Origin: a bacterium | GTDB lineage: Bacteria > UBA10199 > 2-02-FULL-44-16 > JAAZCA01 | NCBI GenBank assembly: GCA_963674695.2 | Contig: CAXXGI010000003.1 | Coordinates: 1 to 64,000, forward strand | DNA length: 64,000 nucleotides | Direction of reading: 5' to 3' | Shown here: positions 55,185-64,000 of the stretch, piece after piece | Position numbering within the stretch: the stretch's first letter is position 1 | Layout: every line of letters begins with the position of its first letter | Notes under the pieces: model-generated | What the model was told of the DNA's origin: nothing | Seen by the model: only the letters and a program-made list of their open reading frames with translations | Databases searched by the model: none | Program-made: the position numbers and the translations under genes

Positions 55185-56126
55185 ATGTCCAAATATCAAA
55201 CCCACCGAGATCACATAGACAATCCACTTGGCCACTGGGGAGGACGTAACAGGGGAACTCAGCTCATACTTCTTCTGGATGACTCCGATGACAGGCCTTC
55301 AGAGACGCAGAGTTCTGAGAATCTTAAAGATTATGTCAACTGGCATGCTGTAGCTATTCCTCGTTTTGGTATCAAATCTGCTGAGAGAGATTGGATGGAA
55401 ATAAAGCGAGCTCATGACGTTCCAGAGTGCTATCTGCATTGTAATGAGCATTCACCCATACTGCTAAATCCAAAATCTGAGATTCGGCTCAGAATCAAAA
55501 ACCTATTTTCTCAATATGGCATTATCCAATTCTTCGTTTCCAGATCTAAAGAGCACTGTGCTGAGTTTATCAGGCAAAACAGGGATGCGGAGCTGTACAG
55601 ACAGATATCCTCTAGTTGGTCACTGAGTGAATATAAAGAGCAGGCGCTGTTTTGGTTTATACACATGATGGATCGCATCCTACCGCAACACTACTTTTGG
55701 CCAGATGCTGTTGTCTTCTGCGACAAGACCGAACGCAGTGCATCAACGTTTAGGTTGCTTGCTACAGGAGTACCCGAGGCGGCTTGGGGCTGGAGAGAAT
55801 ATCATGAGCTCTCATGCATTCACCACCGCATATTATCGCGACTTCATGCTGCCCCGAGAGACATTATTGGTCGTTGTCTGGACTTGGCTGACTACAGCGC
55901 ATGGATGTGTCAACGTGTGTTCCGTTGTATTGGTGCAAGGGATTTTACCGACATTCCCCTGACTGAGGATGAATGGAAAACCAGAACAGCACATCTTTCA
56001 GCTGCCGATAACGATTTATGCTGGCATTTTCTTGAACTGATAGAGGCAAAAGTGATTCGTCATGTATGGCCTCAAAGAGTATATGGTGGCGAAAAACAGC
56101 AAGTTCCACAAGAGGGGAGTCCGTAA
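55185..56126 (+). CDS. Hypothetical protein, possibly DUF3800/RNase H-like
   Basis: LLLDDS, VFCD and DLADYSA acidic motifs; AT-rich codon use. Confidence 0.55.
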   Translation: MSKYQTHRDHIDNPLGHWGGRNRGTQLILLLDDSDDRPSETQSSENLKDYVNWHAVAIPRFGIKSAERDWMEIKRAHDVPECYLHCNEHSPILLNPKSEIRLRIKNLFSQYGIIQFFVSRSKEHCAEFIRQNRDAELYRQISSSWSLSEYKEQALFWFIHMMDRILPQHYFWPDAVVFCDKTERSASTFRLLATGVPEAAWGWREYHELSCIHHRILSRLHAAPRDIIGRCLDLADYSAWMCQRVFRCIGARDFTDIPLTEDEWKTRTAHLSAADNDLCWHFLELIEAKVIRHVWPQRVYGGEKQQVPQEGSP

Positions 56127-56428
56127 CCTTTGCCGCCTGCGGCGGCTCATCCCCTGCCGCGGCAGTTTGCCTTGGGTATACTGGACCAAGTTTGCCCGCC
56201 TTGCCTACGAATCAGCTGACACGTGAGAGCAGTTGATCTGCAGTGTTCAGCGTGTCGTCGGTTCAATATAATCATCACATGCAGTAGTCACGATATGATC
56301 GCACAAGAGAAATAAGGGATTACGATATCATCGCACAACTGTTAGGTGATTGACTTGATAGTACAAGTACACTGATCGTGATGATGATATTGATCCTGAT
56401 GTTGATTTTTTGATTCCTGATTGCTGGC

Positions 56429-56673
56429 TCACCTGAGCCGGTAGAGCATTCTGCTGATTCGATCTGCTCTTTCCTTGTTCTCCATTTCACAACGTGCCGG
56501 AATCAAGGAGAATGCGGCGGCCAGATCGATACAGGCCGACACCTCCGCGAGCGAAGCCCTGGATATCTGAAAGAAGCGCTTTCTCTCTCCCTTGCCCGAC
56601 CGAGCATTGCCCTCCGCCAAGTTGAGCACGACGGAAGCCATGGCCCTTCTGAGCTGATCGACCAGATAGCCAT
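56429..56673 (-). pseudogene. 5'-truncated four helix bundle gene, type A
   Basis: Homology starts at GYLVDQLRRA. Confidence 0.85.
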
Positions 56674-56937
56674 CGACTGAAGTGGTGCGCCAAAGTGGTA
56701 AAATCTGACCACCACGAACGGCCTTTGTGACGGTCGCCTATGACCACTTTTCGACATCATCACTCATAGATCATCGAGATTTACCGATTTGGAGAACCGA
56801 TTGGGATAACAGAGACACCGAAACGGAAAAACGGACGATCGAATCCAATTAGCATCAACATCATCATCAGGTGGGCCCTGTCCGATAGATCGGCGTGGGA
56901 GATGTTTTGGATTGGCTATGGGTAAAAACACCGTCGT

Positions 56938-57165
56938 CTCAGAAGGACCATATCGTCTGCTGTGCTCAACTTGGCGGAGGGCAACGGCAAGCGGGGGCAA
57001 CCACGTGAACGAAAGCGCTTCTTTCAGATCTCGATGGGATCCATCGCGGAGGTGGCAGCGGGCCTGAATCTGGCCGCCGCATTCTCCTTGATTCCGGCCA
57101 AGGTACAGGAGGAGAACAAAGCGATTCTGCGGGCAGCATACAACCGGATCAGGAGACTCTCCTGA
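56938..57165 (+). pseudogene. 5'-truncated four helix bundle gene, type B
   Basis: Homology starts at CTCAGAAGG (LRR). Confidence 0.85.
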
Positions 57166-57346
57166 TCCGGTTCCGTTCTCGGTATATCGGCAATCGGATT
57201 CGGTTTCTCCCAATCGGTTTGCGGTTCTCCGTTTCGGTTCTAGATGTCAGGTAGGATGATAACGCTATATCGTTGTTGTCAGATCAAATAGTGATACACA
57301 TCACAAAAAGAAAACGCCCCTCTGATCGAGGAGCGTTTTCATCTTG

Positions 57347-57419
57347 AGCCGAGAAGCGGATTTGAACCGCTGACCTGTCGATTACGAATCGACTGCTCTA
57401 CCAACTGAGCTACCTCGGC
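57347..57419 (-). tRNA. tRNA-Thr(CGT)
   Basis: GCCGAGGTAGCTCAGTTGGTAGAGC...TTCGTAA...GGTTCAAATCC cloverleaf. Confidence 0.96.
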
Positions 57420-57526
57420 GTGAAAAGAAGTGAGAAGTGGAAAGTGAAAAGGGGGAAGAAGAACAGTCTTTGCGCTTCCCACTTTTCACCGCTGTCAACT
57501 TCCCACTGCCGTCAACTGTCGTCCTG

Positions 57527-57609
57527 TGCCGCCCCCCGGACTCGAACCGGGACGGGATTGCTCCCAGAGGATTTTGAATCCTCCTCGTCTGCCATTCCGA
57601 CAGGGCGGC
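57527..57609 (-). tRNA. tRNA-Leu(CAA)
   Basis: GAGGA-TTCAAAA-TCCTC anticodon arm, long variable arm, GGTTCGAGTCC. Confidence 0.94.
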
Positions 57610-57627
57610 CTCGATCGGGTGGCGCTG

Positions 57628-57855
57628 TTATTCCGTGGTCGTATCGTCGACGACAACATCCTCGACGATGACGATGTCCGGCTGGACCTTGCCGAGGGCG
57701 ATTTCCCGCAGGGCGATGACCGCTTCACGATTCTTGCACTTCACCAGCGGGCGCGATCCTTTGTAGAGCTGCTTGGTCCGCTGGGCGGCCAGGTGAACGA
57801 GCGCGAAGCGGTTTTCAACGTTATCAAGGCAATCCTCAACGGTGACGCGAGCCAT
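57628..57855 (-). CDS. rpoZ: RNA polymerase omega subunit
   Basis: [10 protein letters not shown]...NRFALV...ALREIA. Confidence 0.97.
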   Translation of the reverse strand: MARVTVEDCLDNVENRFALVHLAAQRTKQLYKGSRPLVKCKNREAVIALREIALGKVQPDIVIVEDVVVDDTTTE

Positions 57856-58037
57856 GCAACCCTCCAATAAATGACGGAAAAGAGCCAGAAACGAGCAGCG
57901 TCATTTAGTGCCGGCACGGGGAGAAGTCAAGTCATTCTGGGGCGGTTGCTCGCTTTCGCCTGTGTGATCGATTTGACGGCTTTGCTGTGGACGTGGTAGC
58001 AGTTCCAACTGCTTGATTCTACAGAAGAACCGAACCT

Positions 58038-59987
58038 ATGGCCCGAATACACCCGCTGATCGACCGCCTGCTCCCCGATTATCGGCGGCGGCACCTGTTC
58101 ACCACAAAGCTACGCCTGGTGGCCTTTGTCGGTTTTTGGGCGATCTATCTCTATTTCTACCATGGCGTCATCGATCAAACCCTGGGGGTGGCGGCGATCG
58201 TCCTGGGCAGTTTCCTCCTGACCGGGTTTGCCTATTCCAACGTCATGCGCGGGCGGTGGCTCGTGCCCTCGTTCTTCATGGAGCTGGTCGGCGACATGGT
58301 CGCCATCGCGGTGGTGCTCTATCTGACCGGTGGCCCTCATAGTCCGTATTATCTCATCTATATTTTCTACATCGCCATCGCGGGGATGCTCTACAATCAT
58401 CGGCTGGCGGTGATGTTGGCGCTGCTGAGCGCCATCTCCTATGGGGCTTTTTTGCTGCTCTGTCATGCGGGGATCATTCCGCCGCTGATCCTCGAATACG
58501 GCGATCGCCTGCCGATCGTGGCCTACACGCCGGTGGCGCATTTTTTCTTCGCCCTCCTGTTTTTGACGGGCGCGGTCTACACGGTCCGGGTGGCCAGCCA
58601 CTTCTCGCAGCAGCGCGAGCGCACGCTGGAAAAGCGCAATCGTGAGCTGACCGCGCTGAATCGAATGAGCGCAACGATTCGCAGTGCCGCGGTCTTGGGC
58701 GATGTGATCGAACAGCTGCTCGGCGCGGTCATCGAGGGCCTGGGGTTCGAGGCGGCAGCGCTCATCCAGTTGGATGCGGAGCGCGGCGTGGCCCGCCTGT
58801 TCGTGTCGCAGGAACATCCCCGACGCGCGGCGGTCGAGGAGATCATCGGACGAAGCGTTGATGGGATCGAGGTGCCGATCGCGATGCTGGCCGAACCGCT
58901 GCGCATGGAGATCGATCGGCATCGCATCATCTTTCGCCGGGAGCTCGCAGAGCTGATGCGCGGCGGCGATGGGGAGGGCGTTGCACAGATGTGTCGGCGC
59001 ATTCAAGAGGTGGTTGGATTCAGGCGCATCGTGGTGATGCCGGTCGTAGCGGGCGAGACGGCGTTGGGCGCCATCATCGGTTTTTCGCGCGAGCCGTTCG
59101 TGGAGGAGGAGCAGATCCGGACCATGGAGGCGTTTGCCAACCAGTCGGCGGTCTCGCTCGAAGCGGCCACGCTCATCGAACGGTTGCGGCAACTCAACGA
59201 GGCCCTGGCCCAGGCCAATCGCGTGAAGTCGGAGTTCCTGGCGACGATGAGCCACGAGCTGCGCACGCCGCTGACGGCTATCATCGGGTTCACCGAACTC
59301 ATCATCGAGGGGGTGATGGGGGAGGCGACCGAGGAACAGCGCGAGGCCCTGCAAGAGGTGCTGCACAACGCGGCCGATCTGCTCGACCTGATCAACAGCC
59401 TCCTGGATCTGACCAAGATCGAGTCGGGCACGATGGGCGTTTCCTTCGAATGGTTCGACCTGCGCGGGCTCACCCAGCGCATCGTCAGCACGGTGGCGTC
59501 GCTGCTCCACAAGAAGCGCCAGCAAATCACGGTGTCGATCCCGGATGAGCTTCCGCCGATCCAGGGGGACGAGCGCAAGGTGCAGCAGGTGCTGCTCAAT
59601 CTCGTGGCCAACGCCAACAAGTTCACGCCCGAAGAGGGGCATATCGATATTCGCGTCGAGGTGATGCCCACCCGTGCGGCGATCGAGGCGCGCGAGGGGG
59701 TGTTTATGCGCCTGGCCCATCGCATCGATCGCTTTTCGAAGGGGGGCGTGCTCATCTCGATCGCCGACGATGGCATCGGCATCCCTGCCGACCATCACGA
59801 GCGGATCTTCGAGATGTTTCATCAGGCCGACAGCTCGACGACGCGCGACTTCGGCGGCACGGGCCTGGGGCTCGCGCTCGCACGCCAATTCGTCGAGATG
59901 CATGGCGGCGCCATCTGGGTGGAAAGCGACACCGGTGCCGGCGCGCAGTTCACCTTCGCCATCCCGCTTGAGGCGACCCCGGATTGA
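58038..59987 (+). CDS. Membrane sensor histidine kinase with GAF domain
   Basis: TM helices; FLATMSHELRTPL, NANKF, DDGIG, GGTGLGL. Confidence 0.95.
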   Translation: MARIHPLIDRLLPDYRRRHLFTTKLRLVAFVGFWAIYLYFYHGVIDQTLGVAAIVLGSFLLTGFAYSNVMRGRWLVPSFFMELVGDMVAIAVVLYLTGGPHSPYYLIYIFYIAIAGMLYNHRLAVMLALLSAISYGAFLLLCHAGIIPPLILEYGDRLPIVAYTPVAHFFFALLFLTGAVYTVRVASHFSQQRERTLEKRNRELTALNRMSATIRSAAVLGDVIEQLLGAVIEGLGFEAAALIQLDAERGVARLFVSQEHPRRAAVEEIIGRSVDGIEVPIAMLAEPLRMEIDRHRIIFRRELAELMRGGDGEGVAQMCRRIQEVVGFRRIVVMPVVAGETALGAIIGFSREPFVEEEQIRTMEAFANQSAVSLEAATLIERLRQLNEALAQANRVKSEFLATMSHELRTPLTAIIGFTELIIEGVMGEATEEQREALQEVLHNAADLLDLINSLLDLTKIESGTMGVSFEWFDLRGLTQRIVSTVASLLHKKRQQITVSIPDELPPIQGDERKVQQVLLNLVANANKFTPEEGHIDIRVEVMPTRAAIEAREGVFMRLAHRIDRFSKGGVLISIADDGIGIPADHHERIFEMFHQADSSTTRDFGGTGLGLALARQFVEMHGGAIWVESDTGAGAQFTFAIPLEATPD

Positions 59988-60155
59988 CCCCGCTGTGAGC
60001 AATTTTCCCCTAAAATGGCGACCGAAGGATGTCATTCTGGGATGACAAAGGCACCGGCTTGTCATCAAACTGAGGTGCCCGAGAAACCACCTTTTCTGTT
60101 TTATTTTAAAGGGTTAACATGTATACTCGAGACTCCACAAGAGGGGGTAAGGTGC

Positions 60156-61148
60156 ATGGGGGGGTTCTTACGGCAGTATGCGTGGGTGATCGACCTGGTC
60201 GGCATACTCCTCTGTTCGTTCTTTTTAGCCAGAATTACAGGCGTTTATCTCGGTGAGTCGATGCAGGTGAAGCGCTCGATCGGAGTGCTTTCCTCGCCCA
60301 CGGTCGAGACGGTCGCACGCACGCGATCCGATCTGGCCAGCTACCGCATCATCGAAGAGCGGAACATCTTCGATTCCACCGATCGGACGCCGGACGTGGC
60401 CGAGGGCGAAGAGGGGGAGACGGTCGTCGAGGAGGATAAGACGGCTACCGGCGAGGCGGTTCCCACCAGCCTGGACATTTCGGTGATGGGCGTTCTCGTC
60501 GTCGGGAATGGTCGGGATAAACGTTCCACGGCGACGATCGCTTCCAAGGCCAAAGCAGCGCCAAAGGCCAAGGGCCGTCGCAGGAAAAAGTCGAGCGCGA
60601 GCGCCGCCAAGGTCTATGCGGTCGGCGACGAAGAGAGTTTTGCTCCCAATACGAAGATGACGCTCGTGCAACCGGATCGCATCGAGTTTTTGCACAACGG
60701 ACGGTTGGAGTTTGCCGAGGTTGGACTCGATGAGGGGAAGAATATCTTCGGTCCCCCGACGCGCGCGGCGGCGGTGGCTTCGAGTGAGGCGGCACCGAAG
60801 GAGGAAGAGACGCTCATTCGCAAAGAGGCGGCGGGGAAATTCACCGTCGATCAGCGCGAGATCAACAGCGCCCTGGAAAACCTCGACAAGCTCTATACGG
60901 AGATTCGCGCGGTGCCCAATTTTGCGAATGGCAAAGTGTCGGGTATGAAGATCCTCTCGGTCAAGCGCGGTTCGATCTTTGCAAAATTGGGGATGCGCCG
61001 CGGCGATGTGCTCAAGCGGATCAACGGCATGGAGCTGGACGTGAAGCGCGGGTTTGAGATCTTTAACACGCTCAAGGATGAGAAGAGCATCACGCTCGAC
61101 CTCATTCGACAGGGCCAACCGACGACGGTCGAATATGAGATACGCTAA
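60156..61148 (+). CDS. gspC: T2SS protein C with PDZ domain
   Basis: TM helix, RNIFDS, C-terminal PDZ, upstream of gspD. Confidence 0.88.
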   Translation: MGGFLRQYAWVIDLVGILLCSFFLARITGVYLGESMQVKRSIGVLSSPTVETVARTRSDLASYRIIEERNIFDSTDRTPDVAEGEEGETVVEEDKTATGEAVPTSLDISVMGVLVVGNGRDKRSTATIASKAKAAPKAKGRRRKKSSASAAKVYAVGDEESFAPNTKMTLVQPDRIEFLHNGRLEFAEVGLDEGKNIFGPPTRAAAVASSEAAPKEEETLIRKEAAGKFTVDQREINSALENLDKLYTEIRAVPNFANGKVSGMKILSVKRGSIFAKLGMRRGDVLKRINGMELDVKRGFEIFNTLKDEKSITLDLIRQGQPTTVEYEIR

Positions 61149-63495
61149 TCGATGGGTCGCACTGCTGGGTCTGCTGCTCGTGCTCGGGCAGGCCGCAGAT
61201 CTCTCTGCCCAGGCAGGTCGCACACGCGGGAGCGTGCGCCTGCCGGAGGCGGCTGATGCTCCGGAAAAGGTCCCCGAGGAGGAGGGGGCGACCGCGAAGC
61301 AGGTGGATACGGAATTCAAAGAGGAGACCACCCCGCCCGGCGCAGAGATGGTCTATCTCAACGTCGAGGATCAGGACATCGTCGATGTCATCCGTCAGAT
61401 CAGTAAGGCCACCGGAAAGAACTTCATCATCGATGACAAGATCAAGGGTCGCGTCACGATCATGTCGGAGAAGATGATGACGAAGGAGGAGGCCTATCAG
61501 GCTTTTCTCTCCGCGCTGGAGGTTGCTGGCTACACGACCGTGACCGGGCCGGGTGGCATCATCAAGGTCGTCTCCACGAAGGAAGCGGTGAGTTCTCCTA
61601 TTCCGATTCACGTCGATTCCACGCCCTATACCGACAGCTTCGTGACACGGCTCATCTCACTCGAGAACATCAGCGCGCTCGATATGTCCAATGCCATCAA
61701 GGGGCTCATCTCCAAAGAGGGGAACATGTTCGCGTATCCCGCGACCAACACCCTCATCATCACCGACTCCGGAACGAACATCGACCGCCTCATGAAGATC
61801 ATCAAGGAACTCGATCAGGAGGGGCCACAGCAGGTGCTCGAGATCATCCCGATCAATTACGCCAGCGCCAAGGAGGTGGCCAGCACGGTGCTCAATATCT
61901 TCGAGATCGAAAAGCAGAAGACCACCAGCCGGACGAGTCGACGCAGTAAGACGGCGCAGCCGCTCGAGGAGCTCCAGGATGTCTCCAAAATCATTGCGGA
62001 TGAGCGGACGAACTCGCTCATCGTCCTGGCGAGCAAGCGTGCGATCGCCAAGGTGCGCGACGTGATCAAGAAGCTCGACGTGCCGCTCACGGCCGGCGAG
62101 ACCGGCACGATCCATGTGCACTATTTGAAATATGCTAACGCGATGGAGCTGGCCCAGACGCTGCAGGCGGTGACCTCCAAGAGCGGTTCCTCCGCGGCGA
62201 CCGCCAAGAAGACCAAGGGGGCGACAACGACCGCGGTGGCGCAACTGGAGGGCGGCATCACCATCGGTGCGGATGAGACGACCAACGCGCTCATCATCAC
62301 CGCATCGGCCAAGGACTATAAGACCGTCGTCGACGACCTGATCTCCAAGCTCGACATCCCGCGCCGTCAGGTCTTCCTCGAATCGATCGTCATGGAGCTG
62401 GATGTCCAGAAAGGGAGCAGCATCGGTTTCTCCGGCTTCGGCGGTGGGGGACCGAGTTCCTTCCTGGGTCTGGGCAGTGTCGGTTCCACGCCGACGAGTC
62501 TCTTCGATCCCACGAGCTTTTTTGCTGCGCCGGGACTCCTCGGTGGAATCCTGTCGCGCAAGACGGTGACGATCGATGTGCCGCAGTCCGGCGGCGGGAC
62601 CACGCAGGTGAGCATCCCCGCCTTCGGCGCGTTTCTCTCGCTCCTGCAGGATTATCGCAATGCGAACATCGTCTCGACGCCGAACATCCTGACGTTGGAT
62701 AACCAGAAGGCCTCCATCGAGGTGACGCGCACGATCTATGCGCGCAAGGAGACGACGATCGCCAACGCCGGTTCCACTTCGTTTACGCCGGAGCCGTTGG
62801 AGGCGGGCCTCACCCTCGAGATCACGCCGCAGATCAGCGAGGGAGATGCGGTGCGCCTCGAGATCAATCAGAAACTCTCCAACTTCACCGGCGATCCCGA
62901 TACGCTCACCGGTGCGGCGCCATCGACGAAGCGCCAGATTCAGACGACGGTCATGGCGATGGACGGTCAGACCGTGGTGCTCGGCGGACTCATGCAGGAC
63001 GCCGACATCAAGCAACAGCAGAAGACGCCGCTTCTGGGTGATATCCCGCTGCTCGGGTTTCTCTTCCGGCAGACCAAGACGAGTAAACAGAAGACCAACC
63101 TCGTCATCTTCATCACGCCGCACGTCATTCGCGATCCGTCCGACTTTGCCGCGGTGACCAAGGACAAGATCGAACAGCGCAACCGGTTCATCGAAAACAA
63201 CTTCGGCAAGCGGCAGCAGCGGCAGATTCGCGAGACGATCGCGATGCACCGCGCGGATCTGTTGGAGTATAGCCCGCAGCTGACCCGGGGGGCGTCGGAG
63301 TCGACGCTCAGCGCGCCGTTGATGCAGGCGCCGGTGCCTGCTGGTCCCGTGATCACCGTTCCGCCGGGAGGCGGCGGGGTGAAGGCGACAACGGCAACTC
63401 AGCCGGTGATCACCGCACAACCTCCCGCGCGTGGGGGGCCGACCCCGGCGAGTCCCAACCTGAAAGGGACGGGCGAGTTGGATCTGTCGTACTAG
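61135..63495 (+). CDS. gspD: T2SS secretin
   Basis: TGKNFIID, DERTNSLIV, LDIPRRQV, STPNILTLDN, PLLGDIPLLGFLF, LVIFITP. Confidence 0.95.
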   Translation: MRYANRWVALLGLLLVLGQAADLSAQAGRTRGSVRLPEAADAPEKVPEEEGATAKQVDTEFKEETTPPGAEMVYLNVEDQDIVDVIRQISKATGKNFIIDDKIKGRVTIMSEKMMTKEEAYQAFLSALEVAGYTTVTGPGGIIKVVSTKEAVSSPIPIHVDSTPYTDSFVTRLISLENISALDMSNAIKGLISKEGNMFAYPATNTLIITDSGTNIDRLMKIIKELDQEGPQQVLEIIPINYASAKEVASTVLNIFEIEKQKTTSRTSRRSKTAQPLEELQDVSKIIADERTNSLIVLASKRAIAKVRDVIKKLDVPLTAGETGTIHVHYLKYANAMELAQTLQAVTSKSGSSAATAKKTKGATTTAVAQLEGGITIGADETTNALIITASAKDYKTVVDDLISKLDIPRRQVFLESIVMELDVQKGSSIGFSGFGGGGPSSFLGLGSVGSTPTSLFDPTSFFAAPGLLGGILSRKTVTIDVPQSGGGTTQVSIPAFGAFLSLLQDYRNANIVSTPNILTLDNQKASIEVTRTIYARKETTIANAGSTSFTPEPLEAGLTLEITPQISEGDAVRLEINQKLSNFTGDPDTLTGAAPSTKRQIQTTVMAMDGQTVVLGGLMQDADIKQQQKTPLLGDIPLLGFLFRQTKTSKQKTNLVIFITPHVIRDPSDFAAVTKDKIEQRNRFIENNFGKRQQRQIRETIAMHRADLLEYSPQLTRGASESTLSAPLMQAPVPAGPVITVPPGGGGVKATTATQPVITAQPPARGGPTPASPNLKGTGELDLSY

Positions 63496-63595
63496 GACGT
63501 GTGGGTGATTGAGGGGGGTCATTCCCGCGAAGGCGGGAATGACAGACGAAACGTTCCACGAATCACGAGTTACGAGTTACGAGTCACGAGGTGTT

Positions 63596-64000
63596 ATGGA
63601 AGGACGCAGTCTCGGTGCCATTCTTTTGGAGACGACCTCCCTGACGGAGGAGCAGCTCGAGCAGGCGCTGGCGGTGCAACGCGAGCGCGGCATCAAGCTC
63701 GGCGAGGCACTCGTACAGCTCAAGTTCCTGCGCACCGAGGATGTGCTCAAGGCGCTCTCCATCCAGCTGGGTTTTCCCTACGAGAACAAGATCGAGGTCG
63801 AGGAGATCGCCAACGATCTCATCGGGGCGCTTCCGATCAACTATGCCAAGCAGAACGAGATTCTTCCCCTGCGCAAAGAGGGGAACGTACTCTTGGTCGC
63901 CATCGCGGATCCGACCAACTTCTATGCCCTCGACGATCTGCGTCTGCTCTTCGGTTGCGACATTCGGCCGATCATCGCCAGCTCCTATGAGATCGTCAAC
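63596..64000 (+). CDS. gspE: T2SS ATPase GspE, N-terminus (runs off the window; absent from the ORF track)
   Basis: Manual translation MEGRSLGAILL...EQLEQALAVQ...KLGEALV...VAIADP; follows gspD. Confidence 0.85.
   Translation, partial: MEGRSLGAILLETTSLTEEQLEQALAVQRERGIKLGEALVQLKFLRTEDVLKALSIQLGFPYENKIEVEEIANDLIGALPINYAKQNEILPLRKEGNVLLVAIADPTNFYALDDLRLLFGCDIRPIIASSYEIVN

Larger units (their letters stand above)
52773..56266. mobile_element. Small accessory island bounded by 24-bp imperfect direct repeats
   Basis: GTGTTCAGC-nnn-TCGTCGGTTCAA at 52773-52796 and 56243-56266; AT-richer cargo; no integrase seen. Confidence 0.55.
56280..57298. mobile_element. Twin four-helix-bundle cassette, copy 3 (centre replaced)
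   Basis: TG...CA ends flanked by CATCACA at 56273-56279 and 57299-57305; termini match copy 2. Confidence 0.72.

Noticed and set aside
63499-63990. 163-aa ORF from the track
   Set aside because: Wrong frame; gspE starts at 63596 and runs off the window.

Overview
GC-rich chromosomal window, probably from a deltaproteobacterial-type (Myxococcota-like) bacterium; the taxonomy is inferred from gene content only. (1) 1-3832: two tandem Cys-rich exported paralogues, the complete one ending in a GGGC-TM-RRR sorting tail. (2) About 3970-24920: a non-flagellar type III secretion locus (SctJ, I, L, N, O, P, Q, R, S, T plus FliG-, FliN-, FliO-like genes, its own FliA-type sigma factor, three TPR chaperones and candidate needle/translocator substrates). 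No secretin, SctD, SctU or SctV is present in the window. An FHA-sigma54 activator and a PEGA Ser/Thr kinase follow, and matching sigma54- and sigma28-type promoters are visible. (3) About 32860-52400: an inositol glycolipid/cell-envelope cluster (ino1, NTP-transferase, CDP-alcohol phosphotransferase, HAD, AUR1-like PAP2, PimA-like GT4, two flippase-like proteins, MMPL, Wzi, deacetylase, radical SAM). (4) A small direct-repeat-bounded island with AbiE, next to tRNA-Thr and tRNA-Leu. (5) rpoZ, a histidine kinase and gspC-D-E. The most unusual item is a ~1 kb quasi-palindromic cassette of two head-to-head four-helix-bundle genes present in three copies; two copies have TG...CA ends and 7-bp flanking direct repeats but no transposase. 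Intergenic spaces also carry 7-9-mer tandem arrays, REP-like hairpins and a covarying 77-bp hairpin family. All protein calls come from motif recognition by eye, with no database search.
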